A stretch of DNA of 64,000 bases from contig CAZCGQ010000002.1 in the NCBI GenBank assembly GCA_964498425.1, positions 34,193 to 98,192 on the forward strand. Reading direction: 5' to 3'. The position numbers and the translations under genes are program-made. Of the stretch, positions 9,485 through 19,207 are shown one piece after another; position 1 is the first letter of the stretch, and every line of letters starts with the position of its first letter. The notes below the pieces were generated by a model, which was not told where the DNA came from, did not search any database, and was given only the letters and a program-made list of their open reading frames with translations. This stretch comes from an uncultured Gammaproteobacteria bacterium (GTDB lineage: Bacteria; Patescibacteriota; Microgenomatia; UBA12405; JAHJSD01).

Positions 9485-10360
9485 ATGTCAAGCAAAACCT
9501 TACCAATAACAGTAATAATTGTAACCTACAATAGTAATAAACATATTTTCAAATGCATCGAAAATATCAGTAAATCTACCCAGACACCAAAGGAGATAAT
9601 TATTTTTGATAATAATTCAAATATTTCACCTTTTAAAGAGATAAAAAAACTAAATAACAAAAAAATTAAAATTCAAACAATTCAAAATAAATCTAATATC
9701 GGTTTCGCAAAAGCTGTAAATAAAGCTAGTAAACAATCAAAAACGGATTATTTACTACTATTAAATCCGGACTTTTACATTAATAAAAAGGCAATTGAAA
9801 GCATATGGAAAACTATGAACTTAAAAATGTCTACAGCGGTTGTAGGAGGAAAAGCAATAGGTCAAAATAATAATATACTCAAAACTATTGCCAACAAACC
9901 AAGTTTTATGACTTTATTTATCGAATTCACTTCTTTAAAGAAAATATTTGAGCTTTTTAACATCGAAAACGCTAGTAATTTCTGGGATTGTAAAGCTTTA
10001 AGATCTAAAAAACCTGTACAGGTCGATGCTGTTTCAGGGTGCTTCATGTTAATCAAAAAGAAGTGGTTTGACGAAATTGGTAAATTTGACCCAAAATTTA
10101 AATTGTATCTAGAAGATCTTGATTTATGTTTAAGAATTGGTAATAAAAATGGAAATATTTATTTTGATCCCCTTAGTTATGGTTACCATATTGAAGGAGG
10201 CAGCAGTGTAGATAAACCAAATAAAATCAATCAGGCTTTCTGGGACAAATCTAAAAGGTATTTTTCTAAAAAATATTTTGGTACACTGGGAAGATTGCTA
10301 ATAGTAGTGTATTTTCTGGATGATATACTACTTAAAATTAAAAAATCAGTACTTAAATGA
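9485..10360 (+). CDS. Family-2 glycosyltransferase
   Basis: ITVIIVTYNSNKHI...IIIFDNNS, DXD-like region, GT2 fold. Gene is very AT-rich. Confidence 0.7.
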   Translation: MSSKTLPITVIIVTYNSNKHIFKCIENISKSTQTPKEIIIFDNNSNISPFKEIKKLNNKKIKIQTIQNKSNIGFAKAVNKASKQSKTDYLLLLNPDFYINKKAIESIWKTMNLKMSTAVVGGKAIGQNNNILKTIANKPSFMTLFIEFTSLKKIFELFNIENASNFWDCKALRSKKPVQVDAVSGCFMLIKKKWFDEIGKFDPKFKLYLEDLDLCLRIGNKNGNIYFDPLSYGYHIEGGSSVDKPNKINQAFWDKSKRYFSKKYFGTLGRLLIVVYFLDDILLKIKKSVLK

Positions 10361-11115
10361 AAGTAACGGGGATAGTTTTAACCAAAAATGAGGAAAGGAA
10401 TATTGAAAGGTGCTTAGAGAGCATTGAATGGTGCAATGAAGTAATTGTAGTTGACGACTTCTCAACGGATAATACCCGCAAAATTGCTGAAAATAGGGGA
10501 GCGGTAGTAGTGAAAAGAAAACTAAATAATGATTTCGCCGCTCAGAGAAATTTTGGCCTGGAAAAAGCTAGCAACGAGTGGGCATTATTTGTAGACGCTG
10601 ATGAAGTTGTCTCCCCTCTTCTTCATGAGGATATTGTGCGACGCGTAAAGGATAAAAAGTATTGCGGTTTTTTAATTCCCCGCCAGGAATATTTTGTTAA
10701 CCATAAACTTCATTGCACTGATAAACCTTCCTGGGATTGGTCTTTTGGTTTTAATAAACTTTTACGGCTTGGCAAAAAAGATGCCGGAAGGTGGGAAGGA
10801 AAGGTTCATGAGGTTTGGAAAATAAGCGGAGAAATTGGTGAGTTGGAAGGAAAACTAATTCACTTTTCTCATCCGGATATAACAACTGCTTTAGAAAAGG
10901 TTAACCAATACTCAACCATTCGAGCAAAAGAGCTGGCTGATAACGGTGAAACTAGTAATTTGTTTGATGTTTTGACATACCCAACGGCAAAGTTTTTTAA
11001 GGATTTTTTTTGGCATGGTGGATATAAAGATAAAACTGCCGGATTTATTTATTCCTTACTGATGGCCTTTCAGTCTTTTTTAACGCGAAGTAAGTTATGG
11101 CAGATAAGTAACTGA
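10357..11115 (+). CDS. Family-2 glycosyltransferase (LPS-core type)
   Basis: VTGIVLTKNEERNIERCLESI...VIVVDDFSTDNT...AQRNFGL...DADE. Confidence 0.7.
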   Translation: MKVTGIVLTKNEERNIERCLESIEWCNEVIVVDDFSTDNTRKIAENRGAVVVKRKLNNDFAAQRNFGLEKASNEWALFVDADEVVSPLLHEDIVRRVKDKKYCGFLIPRQEYFVNHKLHCTDKPSWDWSFGFNKLLRLGKKDAGRWEGKVHEVWKISGEIGELEGKLIHFSHPDITTALEKVNQYSTIRAKELADNGETSNLFDVLTYPTAKFFKDFFWHGGYKDKTAGFIYSLLMAFQSFLTRSKLWQISN

Positions 11116-11814
11116 AAGTGTTTTGTCTGTTTGATTGCCGGCTTTGTCGGTAACAACAATTTCAATTTTATTACCGCCCTCTTGTAATATTACGCTGTCG
11201 GAAAATTCACCTTCTTGGTCAACAATAGCTACATGTTCGTTTACCAACACTCGAGCTTTGGGCTCAGTCCTGCCCTGAACTTCTATTGTTTGTTCTTCTA
11301 ACGCGGCCCCATCTTCCGGCTTAATTATTTCTAATTCTGGAGCTTCTGTGTCATAAATGATTTCAAGCCGCTCTGTTCGCTCACTTTCATTATCAGCAGA
11401 GTCAACTGCCCAGGCAATAAGCTCATTGCTGCCTTCGTCTAACATTAACTTCTCAAGGTTAAATTCCCCTTCTTCATCAGCTTTAGTTTCGATTACTTCT
11501 CCATTTAGATTAATTTTTATTTCAGCTTCTGACTCCGAAACTCCCTTTAATTCTAATTGTCCGCTATTGGTTGCTTCCGGAATGGTATTGAAAAGGGGAA
11601 CTGGGGGAGGAATGACATCTTCATTGGCAATTCTTTCGTTTTCAGATTTTGTTTCACCAAGAAATTCAACGAGGCTGATAAATAAAGGGATGCCCCAGAC
11701 AGCAATAACGGTTACTAAAACAATAGTTAGTAAACCAAAGATTACTGCTCTTCGCCGTATTTTGTCTTCTTCAGTCACGGGTTTTTCTTTTTGATGAAAC
11801 TGATTTGCTTTCGT
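11095..11814 (-). CDS. Membrane-anchored protein with two Ig-like (Big) domains
   Basis: TM helix followed by two repeated beta-rich modules (EIKINLNGEVIETKADEEGEF / VLVNEHVAIVDQEGEFS). Start chosen at the internal Met; the longer ORF extends to 11862. Confidence 0.45.
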   Translation of the reverse strand, partial: TKANQFHQKEKPVTEEDKIRRRAVIFGLLTIVLVTVIAVWGIPLFISLVEFLGETKSENERIANEDVIPPPVPLFNTIPEATNSGQLELKGVSESEAEIKINLNGEVIETKADEEGEFNLEKLMLDEGSNELIAWAVDSADNESERTERLEIIYDTEAPELEIIKPEDGAALEEQTIEVQGRTEPKARVLVNEHVAIVDQEGEFSDSVILQEGGNKIEIVVTDKAGNQTDKTLSVTYLP

Positions 11815-11903
11815 CATGATTGAACTGGCAAACCCAGCTCGGAGTAATTGTACCAGAATCAATTATCGCTTACAAACAAAGTAAGAATGGGCTAATAAAA
11901 GAG

Positions 11904-11976
11904 AGCCTGCGGTCGGAATTGAACCGACGGCCTATCCCTTACGAAGGGATTGCTCTGCCCCTGAGCTACGCAGGCA
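11904..11976 (-). tRNA. tRNA-Thr (anticodon CGT)
   Basis: Reverse-complement cloverleaf GCCTGCG...CGCAGGC, anticodon loop TTCGTAA, T-loop TTCAATT. Confidence 0.8.
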
Positions 11977-11982
11977 TGAAGG

Positions 11983-12056
11983 AGCGGGAGACCAGATTCG
12001 AACTGGCGACCTTCTGCTTGGGAAGCAGACGCTCTAACCAACTGAGCTACTCCCGC
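11983..12056 (-). tRNA. tRNA-Gly (anticodon CCC)
   Basis: GCGGGAGTAGCTCAGTTGGTTAGAGC..., anticodon loop TTCCCAA, TTCGAAT T-loop, discriminator U. Confidence 0.8.
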
Positions 12057-12165
12057 CTACGCTAAGACTACAGCGAGGTAAACCCGTCTAATCCGCTAAA
12101 ACACGAATACGACGAGGTAAACCCGCCCTATCACTTAAACTTAGTAACTAATTTTAAGTTTACTT

Positions 12166-12702
12166 TTAATCTCTAGGAATTTCAAGCTCCATGCCCGGCT
12201 CAATTACATTAGGATTGTCAATCGACTGGCGATTGGCTCCCCAAATCTTTGGCCACTCAAACATGTCACCATAGGCCCTTAAAGCAATTTTGCTGAGGGA
12301 ATCACCTTCCTTGACAGTGTAAGTGCTTCCTTCGATTTTCATGTCATCAGCAACACCTGTATCTGGTAGTTGAGTAACGGTCATTTCTTTTCTCTCAACA
12401 TCAGGAATGGTGAGCTCTTGACCAACGGCTAAAAGATTAGGACTGCCGAGATTGTTCTCTTCAGCAATATCCACCCAGTTGTAACCAGATAGATAATATT
12501 TTTCGGCTATTTCCCAAAGACTTTCTCCCTGACTAACACTATGTGTAGCAGGTAATTCTGCTTCTTGTTCCTCTTGATCAGAATCTTCTTGCTGTTGTTC
12601 TTGCTCTTGATTTTTCTTAGGCATCGAGGGTAATCCCTTACCTTGAAAATAACGATAGGCTAATCCACCAATAGCGAGAACAACCAAAACACCCATAATC
12701 AT
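12166..12702 (-). CDS. Membrane-anchored protein with two LysM domains
   Basis: TM helix, acidic/Gln-rich linker, two LysM repeats (YTVKEGDSLSKIA...; GESLWEIAEKYY...). The ORF's N-terminal extension to 12933 overlaps tRNA-Asp and was trimmed. Confidence 0.6.
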   Translation of the reverse strand: MIMGVLVVLAIGGLAYRYFQGKGLPSMPKKNQEQEQQQEDSDQEEQEAELPATHSVSQGESLWEIAEKYYLSGYNWVDIAEENNLGSPNLLAVGQELTIPDVERKEMTVTQLPDTGVADDMKIEGSTYTVKEGDSLSKIALRAYGDMFEWPKIWGANRQSIDNPNVIEPGMELEIPRD

Positions 12703-12837
12703 ACTAATAACTTGCTCGGAGTTTTTAACTCTTTGAACTAAATTTTGGTTTTCTTCGTAGTTTATCAATTTATTCACCTCCTTAATTGGGCAGTCAAGGG
12801 CAGGTGGGCAGAAGTCGGAACTTTTAATGCTCCGCGG

Positions 12838-12911
12838 CGGGGCTGACGGGACTCGAACCCGCAACTTGTTCCTCGACAGGGAACTACTCTGACCGATTGA
12901 GTTACAGCCCC
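12838..12911 (-). tRNA. tRNA-Asp (anticodon GTC)
   Basis: GGGGCTGTAACTCAATCGGTCAGAGT..., anticodon loop CTGTCGA, TTCGAGT T-loop. Confidence 0.8.
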
Positions 12912-13117
12912 AATTCAACATTGATTTTATCAAGTAAGACTTTTTAATGCAATAACTAAGTAATAATTTTTATAGAATTTTGAATGATGTTTGTCTTTTG
13001 GGACATATTAGGTTGCATCGTTTAAATATTTTATACTAGTTAAATTTAATTTAACATTTGCTTTTTTAAGTAATGCTGATTAACATCATGGTAGTGAAGG
13101 GAGGTGATGATATTTAA

Positions 13118-13699
13118 ATGGCACTTATTATCGTTGCAGTTTTAGTTATTATAGCTGTTTATGTTGTAACAACTTACAATCAACTGCAAACTTTAAAAAC
13201 ACGAATTAGAGCTGCTATTCAGGAAATTGGTAACCAACTGAAGCGGCAGGCTAACTTGATTCCAAACCTTAGCGAATCAGCTAAAGGTTATTTGGAACAT
13301 GAAAAAGGTATTTTTAAGGAATTAGCCGATGCTCGAAAGGCAGTTAACCAAGCTGTAGAGTCAGGCGACACCCAAAAAATGCTTGATGCTCAGGATAAAG
13401 TCCAAAACGCATTGGGCTCACTTAAAGTAGTTGTGGAAAGCAACCCAGAACTAAAAGGAGCTGATGTTGTTTCAAAATTAATGGGAGAACTAAGAGATAC
13501 GGCTGATAAGGTTATGTACTCAAGACGTACATTAATTGACCTAGTTGCTGACTACAACCGTAAGTTGGTAACTATTCCTAGCAATATTGTGGCAACAGCT
13601 TTCGGATTTAAGCCTGAAAAAGGTTTGGAAATCGCAGAAAGCGGTGAGCACTTGGAAGTTAGTCAAGAGGAAACAAAAGCACCTAAGGTTGATTTGTAA
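13118..13699 (+). CDS. lemA: LemA family membrane protein
   Basis: N-terminal TM helix plus the LemA helical domain. Strong SD GGGAGGTGA lies upstream. Confidence 0.75.
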   Translation: MALIIVAVLVIIAVYVVTTYNQLQTLKTRIRAAIQEIGNQLKRQANLIPNLSESAKGYLEHEKGIFKELADARKAVNQAVESGDTQKMLDAQDKVQNALGSLKVVVESNPELKGADVVSKLMGELRDTADKVMYSRRTLIDLVADYNRKLVTIPSNIVATAFGFKPEKGLEIAESGEHLEVSQEETKAPKVDL

Positions 13700-13713
13700 T
13701 ATAATAGGCTGAA

Positions 13714-14610
13714 ATGCTTAACGTCTATGAACGCGTTGACCAAAACAAAAGGCGATCAGTAATCGTAATGATTGGCTTTGTTTTTTTTGTGGTTGGCTTT
13801 GTTTACCTGATCGGACAGTTAACTGATGCCGGCCAAGGAACAATTATCATGGCTGGCATTTTTTCTCTGTTCTCTTCGTTTGGCAGTTATTTTTGGGGGG
13901 ACAAAATAGTTTTAAAGTTGTCCAGCGCTAAACCGGCTAACCGGGATGAACATTTTAACTTTTACACTGCTGTTGAGAATTTAAGTTTGGCTGCCCAAAT
14001 TCCAATGCCGAAGCTTTATGTGATTGACTCACCGGCAATGAACGCCTTTGCTACCGGACGTGACCCAGAACATGCTGTTATTTGCGTTACTAGTGGTTTA
14101 CTGAAGAATTTGGATCGAACTGAACTGGAAGGGGTGATTGCTCATGAAATATCACACATCACTAATTTTGATATCCGATTGATGATGATTGTCGCTGTTC
14201 TGGTCGGGATGATAACAATTGTTAGTGATTGGCTGTTGAGACTAGGGAGAATCGGGTTTTCTGATGATGACAATAAAAAGGCTAACCCGATTACAATGGC
14301 GGCAGGATTAATTGCCGTGATTGTTTCCCCAATTGCGGCAAAATTAATCCAATTGGCTTTATCGAGAAAGCGGGAATATTTGGCCGATGCAACAGCAGTT
14401 AAACTGACTCGACAGCCGGAAGGACTAATTAATGCTCTGAAAAAATTGGGCCAAAGTCCAGTACCGCTAAGAACGGCTAATCAGGCAACCGCTCATTTAT
14501 ATATCACTAACCCCTTAAAAAATAAGCGCGGCCTGCAAAAAGTGGCTGGCTTGTTTTCAACCCATCCGCCGCTTGAAGACAGAATTAGAAATTTAACTCA
14601 AATGCTTTGA
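13714..14610 (+). CDS. htpX: M48 zinc metalloprotease HtpX
   Basis: HEISHITNFD (HExxH), four TM segments, conserved LemA-HtpX pairing. Confidence 0.8.
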   Translation: MLNVYERVDQNKRRSVIVMIGFVFFVVGFVYLIGQLTDAGQGTIIMAGIFSLFSSFGSYFWGDKIVLKLSSAKPANRDEHFNFYTAVENLSLAAQIPMPKLYVIDSPAMNAFATGRDPEHAVICVTSGLLKNLDRTELEGVIAHEISHITNFDIRLMMIVAVLVGMITIVSDWLLRLGRIGFSDDDNKKANPITMAAGLIAVIVSPIAAKLIQLALSRKREYLADATAVKLTRQPEGLINALKKLGQSPVPLRTANQATAHLYITNPLKNKRGLQKVAGLFSTHPPLEDRIRNLTQML

Positions 14611-15080
14611 CCAAGCTTCAAACAATTTTTATAGCTTTTTTCGGTATCCTTAACCTGTTATTGGGTTTAAAAGGGTTTGTTCAGTGCAGTAGAAAGGCTA
14701 ATACATATGGCATAACCTGGGGATTATTTCCGCTAGGGATTTTTGTTTGGGGTGACGCAGTCATTTTTGGTCCCTTTTGGGCTGGGGCGAGTATTGTTAG
14801 TCTTCTTCTAAAAGATTGGCTATTATTTTTACTGGTCTTTTCAGTTTTTTGGGTGGTTAGAAGCCTTGGGGAAACAATCTATTGGTTTAACCAACAATTC
14901 AGCGGTACTCACCGGTACCCGCCAGAACAACTAATCGGACATAAAATTTTTAAGGGAAAATTGATTGAAGAATATGACGCAATTTGGTTTGTTAATCAAA
15001 TTGCCATGCAATGTCTTACGGTAATATCACTAATTACCACAATTTATATTACTTACCTTTGGCTAAACAATATTTTTTAA
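14607..15080 (+). CDS. Hypothetical polytopic membrane protein
   Basis: Four hydrophobic segments. Start overlaps the htpX stop. Confidence 0.4.
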   Translation: MTKLQTIFIAFFGILNLLLGLKGFVQCSRKANTYGITWGLFPLGIFVWGDAVIFGPFWAGASIVSLLLKDWLLFLLVFSVFWVVRSLGETIYWFNQQFSGTHRYPPEQLIGHKIFKGKLIEEYDAIWFVNQIAMQCLTVISLITTIYITYLWLNNIF

Positions 15081-15187
15081 TACTTCCTTAGGTGCAGGTA
15101 TAAATTCATGGATTCGACTACGCTCACCACAAGCTCCTGGAGGTGTAAACTGGCAGAAAAATACTTTATTTGCTAACAAATTGGCAC

Positions 15188-15216
15188 TTGACAAGATAGA
15201 CTGCTTGTTTTATATT
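15188..15216 (+). promoter_or_regulatory. Sigma70-type promoter (TTGACA-N17-TATATT) for clpB
   Basis: Consensus -35 with 17-nt spacer. The -10 ends 9 nt before the clpB ATG at 15226, indicating a leaderless or short-leader transcript. Confidence 0.5.
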
Positions 15217-15225
15217 TTAATTAAG

Positions 15226-17817
15226 ATGGCACTAAACCCAGAAAAGCTAACATATAACTCTAGACAAGCCTTGGCAAAAGCCCAGGAATTGGCCGAAGAA
15301 AAGCGGCATCCTCAGGTAATGCCGATGCACCTCCTTTTGGCTTTAGTTGTTGATTTGGAGGGAGTTGTTGTTGAGATTATTAAGAAGCTAGGAGTTGAAA
15401 TTGAGCAAGTTGTTAAAAAAGCTGAAAGTAGGCTGGAACAGGCCCCGCAAGCCGGCGGCGAAATGGACCAAGTTTACCTTTCCCGGGAATTAAGTAAGGT
15501 TTTAACCCAAGCCAATAAGGAAGCGGAGCAACTCCAGGACGAATTCGTTTCTAGGGAACATTTGTTTTTGGCTTTGATTGCAATTGACCCGGAAACACAA
15601 TCGGTTTTGGAAGACTTGGGTATTGAAGTCACTAAGGTTAAAAAAGCATTGGAGGATGTCCGGGGAAGTCAAAGAGTAACGGATCGATCGCCAGAAGGCG
15701 GCTATAACGTTATTGATAAATATACCTTGAATCTAACCAATTTGGCTGAAAAGGGGGATTTGGATCCGGTTATCGGCCGAGATCAGGAGATCCGTCGGGT
15801 AATGCAAATTCTATCGCGGCGGAAAAAGAATAATCCAGTTTTAATCGGTGACCCGGGAGTTGGAAAAACAGCTATTGTTGAAGGACTGGCTCAACGAATA
15901 GTTGAAGGTGATGTTCCGGAAAGTCTTAAGGATAAAACCATTCTGTCTTTGGATCTGGCTTCACTTTTAGCTGGAAGTAAGTTTCGCGGCGAGTTCGAAA
16001 AAAGATTGAAGGCGGTCTTGAAGGAAATTGAATCAAATCCTGAAAAATATATTTTGTTTATAGATGAGCTGCACACTTTAGTTGGTGCCGGGTCGGCAGA
16101 GGGGGCAGTTGATGCTGCGAATATGTTGAAGCCGGCATTGGCCAGAGGCAGTTTACACGCAATCGGAGCAACAACTGTATCTGAATACCGGAAACACATC
16201 GAAAAGGATGCTGCTTTGGAGCGACGATTTCAACCAATTATGGTTACTGAACCTTCTGTTGAAGATACGATTGCTATTTTACGGGGATTAAAGGAAAAAT
16301 ACGAGATTCACCATGGAATTAGAATCCGAGATGAAGCAATTGTCGCGGCAGCTAAACTGTCTGACCGCTACATTCGGGATAGATTTTTACCTGATAAGGC
16401 AATTGACTTGATTGATGAAGCAACTTCGGGACTTAAGATTGAGGCAGAGTCTATGCCGGCTGAACTTGACCGACTGCAAAGAAGTATCCGCCAAAGAGAA
16501 ATTGAACTGGAGGCATTGAAAAAGGAAAATACTGATGCGGCAAAAGAAAAAAGAAAGGAACTAAAAAAAGAAATTGCAGAAAAAAAGGAAACTCTCCGAG
16601 ACAAAAAGTCTGCCTGGGAAAGACAAAAGGAAATCGTTACTAATATTCGTGATGCCAAAGCAAAATTAGACGAACTTCAAGAAGAATTGAAAAAGGCAGA
16701 ACGGGAAGTTGATCTTAATCAGGCGGCGGAAATTAAGTATGGGAAGATGCCTGAAACAGAAAAAGAATTAAAGAATTGGCGGGAAAAATGGAAAGAAATT
16801 AAGGATAAAAACCGGCTGTTGAAAGAAGAAGTTGGGGCGGAGGACATCGCTGAGGTTATTTCCCGATGGACAAATATACCGATTTCAAAACTGGTGGAAT
16901 CAGAAAAGGATAAACTGGCAAACTTGGAAGACCGGCTGCATGAGCGGGTTGTTAACCAGAATGATGCTGTTACTGGAGTGGCTAACGCTATTCGACGAGC
17001 CCGAGCGGGGATTAAAGAAGAGAATAAGCCAATTGGGTCGTTTCTCTTTGTCGGGCCAACTGGGGTTGGGAAAACGGAATTGGCCAAGGCTTTAGCTGAA
17101 GTAATGTTTGATAATGAAGAAGCAATGGTCAGAATTGACATGAGTGAATATATGGAGCGGCATTCGGTAGCGAGATTAATTGGTTCACCTCCGGGTTATG
17201 TTGGTTATGAGGAGGGTGGGCAGTTGACGGAAGCTGTTCGGCGTCGACCATACACAGTCATTCTTTTAGATGAAGTAGAAAAAGCCCATGATGAGGTGTT
17301 TAACCTCCTCCTTCAAATTCTGGATGACGGCCGTTTGACTGACGGTAAGGGGAGAACAGTTGACTTTAAAAACACACTGATTATCATGACCTCAAATATT
17401 GCCAGTGACATTATCATGGAATACGCCGAAGAAGAAAAAGATAAGAATGAGATGGAGGACAAGGTTACTGAGCGAATCCGGCAATCTTTCCGACCAGAGT
17501 TTATTAATCGGCTGGACCAGATAATTTTGTTTGAGTCTCTGTCAGAGGAAATGCTTGAAGAAATTGTTGAACTGCAAATTAACTTGGTCAAACACCGGCT
17601 AGCTGAACAGGATATTGACATTATAATTAGCGACCAAGCTAAAGAGGTACTGGCTAAGGAAGGGTACAGCAGAACTTTTGGTGCCCGGCCGCTGGAACGG
17701 GTGATTCAAAATCAGATTTTGGACCCATTGGCAATGATGATTGTTAAGGGAGAAGTCGGCGAAGGCGACAAAATCAAGGTATCATCCTCTAAGGGAAAAA
17801 TAACCGTCTCCAAATAA
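15226..17817 (+). CDS. clpB: AAA+ disaggregase ClpB
   Basis: Two AAA modules ([15 protein letters not shown]; [19 protein letters not shown]) and a long middle coiled coil. ATG at 15226 is preferred over the TTG at 15181, which lies inside the promoter. Confidence 0.9.
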   Translation: MALNPEKLTYNSRQALAKAQELAEEKRHPQVMPMHLLLALVVDLEGVVVEIIKKLGVEIEQVVKKAESRLEQAPQAGGEMDQVYLSRELSKVLTQANKEAEQLQDEFVSREHLFLALIAIDPETQSVLEDLGIEVTKVKKALEDVRGSQRVTDRSPEGGYNVIDKYTLNLTNLAEKGDLDPVIGRDQEIRRVMQILSRRKKNNPVLIGDPGVGKTAIVEGLAQRIVEGDVPESLKDKTILSLDLASLLAGSKFRGEFEKRLKAVLKEIESNPEKYILFIDELHTLVGAGSAEGAVDAANMLKPALARGSLHAIGATTVSEYRKHIEKDAALERRFQPIMVTEPSVEDTIAILRGLKEKYEIHHGIRIRDEAIVAAAKLSDRYIRDRFLPDKAIDLIDEATSGLKIEAESMPAELDRLQRSIRQREIELEALKKENTDAAKEKRKELKKEIAEKKETLRDKKSAWERQKEIVTNIRDAKAKLDELQEELKKAEREVDLNQAAEIKYGKMPETEKELKNWREKWKEIKDKNRLLKEEVGAEDIAEVISRWTNIPISKLVESEKDKLANLEDRLHERVVNQNDAVTGVANAIRRARAGIKEENKPIGSFLFVGPTGVGKTELAKALAEVMFDNEEAMVRIDMSEYMERHSVARLIGSPPGYVGYEEGGQLTEAVRRRPYTVILLDEVEKAHDEVFNLLLQILDDGRLTDGKGRTVDFKNTLIIMTSNIASDIIMEYAEEEKDKNEMEDKVTERIRQSFRPEFINRLDQIILFESLSEEMLEEIVELQINLVKHRLAEQDIDIIISDQAKEVLAKEGYSRTFGARPLERVIQNQILDPLAMMIVKGEVGEGDKIKVSSSKGKITVSK

Positions 17818-17819
17818 AT

Positions 17820-18500
17820 TTAAATTCTGGCAAAAAAGTAGAGCCAGTCTTTTTCCTCGTTTTCTTCTGACTTTTGGCCGGTCTGAATAATTTGAAAATT
17901 ATTGGTAATCAAAACCTCTTGAAATTCTTTGCGCTTAAAAAGGTGAAAAAATCTGGCTATCTGGTTATTGCCCTTACTGGAAATTTTCATTTCCTTTTTC
18001 TCTCTTCCCTTGGTTCTCTTTTCCAGAGTAATAAAGACTAAACCATCAGGTTTAATCACCCGTTTTATTTCAGTTAGTGCTTTTTTTAAGTCTGGCGAGT
18101 CAAGATGGAGTAGTACAGCTGAAACCCAAACAACATCAAAAGTGTTAGCTCTAAAATCTAACTTAGCTACATCCATTTGATGAAATTCAACTTGAGGAAA
18201 ACTTTTTCGGGCTACTTTTAACATGCCGGCTGATAAATCAACACCGGTATAGTTCATACCCGCTTTCAAAGCTAGAGCGGCATCCCTACCTACGCCGCAA
18301 CCTAAATCTAGAAATCTACATTCTGATGTTTTGATACCAGACTCTTTTAGAAGTTTTAGAAGCAAATCGAATTCTTTCTGCCAAAAAAAAGGTTGAGCGT
18401 TTTCCTTTTTGTAAAATCTAGCAAATTTATCATAGGCCTGAACGGTAGTAGCTTTATAGTTTTGAAATTTATCTTTAGCCATTATCCTATATCTTACCAA
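17820..18500 (-). CDS. Class I SAM-dependent methyltransferase
   Basis: RFLDLGCGVGRDAALALKAG (motif I), DVVWVSAVLLHL. Confidence 0.7.
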   Translation of the reverse strand: MVRYRIMAKDKFQNYKATTVQAYDKFARFYKKENAQPFFWQKEFDLLLKLLKESGIKTSECRFLDLGCGVGRDAALALKAGMNYTGVDLSAGMLKVARKSFPQVEFHQMDVAKLDFRANTFDVVWVSAVLLHLDSPDLKKALTEIKRVIKPDGLVFITLEKRTKGREKKEMKISSKGNNQIARFFHLFKRKEFQEVLITNNFQIIQTGQKSEENEEKDWLYFFARI

Positions 18501-18525
18501 ATGTAGCCTATGATATGATATTTTT

Positions 18526-19041
18526 ATGTCGCCGGTAGTTTTAATCGCCCTAATTATTACTCTTGTTTCAATTATTTATTACCTCTGGTACGTTACTTTT
18601 TCTCCACAATCCGGGCCAGTCTATGTACCAACCAAGGATGAAACTGTTAAAAAGATGATTGAAATGGCTGACCTTAAAAAAGGGAATACGGTTGTTGACC
18701 TTGGCTCTGGCGACGGTAGAATTTTAATTGCGGCGGCTAAAAAAGGAGCTAAAGCGATTGGCTACGAAATAGACCCGATTTTGGTAGCTGAAAGCAAACG
18801 TAAAATAAACAAGGCAGGGGTATCAGACAACGCTAAGGCAAACTTGAAAAACATGTGGCAGGCGGATTTTAATGAGGCAGATGTAATTTTCGTCTATTTG
18901 TTTCCGAAATACTTAGCAAAATTAAAAAAGATGTTGGAAGATAATTTAACTCATCCGGTAAAAGTGATTTCTAACGACTACCAAATACCAGAGACAGAAC
19001 CAATTACGGTGAAAGACAATATCTACCTTTATCAATTTTAA
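18526..19041 (+). CDS. Membrane-anchored class I SAM-dependent methyltransferase
   Basis: N-terminal TM helix, TVVDLGSGDGRILIAAAKKG, ADVIFVYL. Confidence 0.6.
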   Translation: MSPVVLIALIITLVSIIYYLWYVTFSPQSGPVYVPTKDETVKKMIEMADLKKGNTVVDLGSGDGRILIAAAKKGAKAIGYEIDPILVAESKRKINKAGVSDNAKANLKNMWQADFNEADVIFVYLFPKYLAKLKKMLEDNLTHPVKVISNDYQIPETEPITVKDNIYLYQF

Positions 19042-19056
19042 TTTCTTGGAATTGGC

Positions 19057-19077
19057 CGACGCATCCTGCGTTTTCTT
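19057..19077 (+). terminator. Candidate intrinsic terminator
   Basis: GACGCA-tcc-TGCGT stem followed by TTTTCTT. Confidence 0.3.
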
Positions 19078-19207
19078 AACCTTGCCATCGTACCGTTGTC
19101 TTTAGGAATAGATTCCTTTTTAGCCGGCTTTCTGAACTTCTGAGGAGACTCTATTTTTTTCTCTCTTTCCTGCATGTTTCATAATAACATTATTGGGATG
19201 GTTTTTG

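Noticed and set aside
11820-12065. 81-aa plus-strand ORF
   Set aside because: It lies entirely over the minus-strand tRNA-Thr and tRNA-Gly genes; an RNA-gene shadow ORF.
12703-12933. N-terminal 77 residues of the 255-aa LysM ORF
   Set aside because: The extension overlaps tRNA-Asp (12838-12911) and is Ser/Arg-rich and low-complexity. The internal Met before the TM helix is the likely start.
15181-15225. TTG-initiated 15-codon N-terminal extension of clpB
   Set aside because: It overlaps the TTGACA-N17-TATATT promoter. The ATG at 15226 gives a canonical ClpB N-terminus.
15081-15225. Possible CIRCE (HrcA) or CtsR heat-shock operator upstream of clpB
   Set aside because: TTGGCACTTGACA resembles half of CIRCE, but there is no inverted partner and no convincing GGTCAAA tandem heptads.
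15891-17621. Several 90-140-aa minus-strand ORFs inside clpB
   Set aside because: They are antisense to the Lys/Glu-rich coiled-coil and AAA regions; they are Ser/Phe-rich, low-complexity and lack starts with RBS. ClpB on the plus strand is unambiguous.
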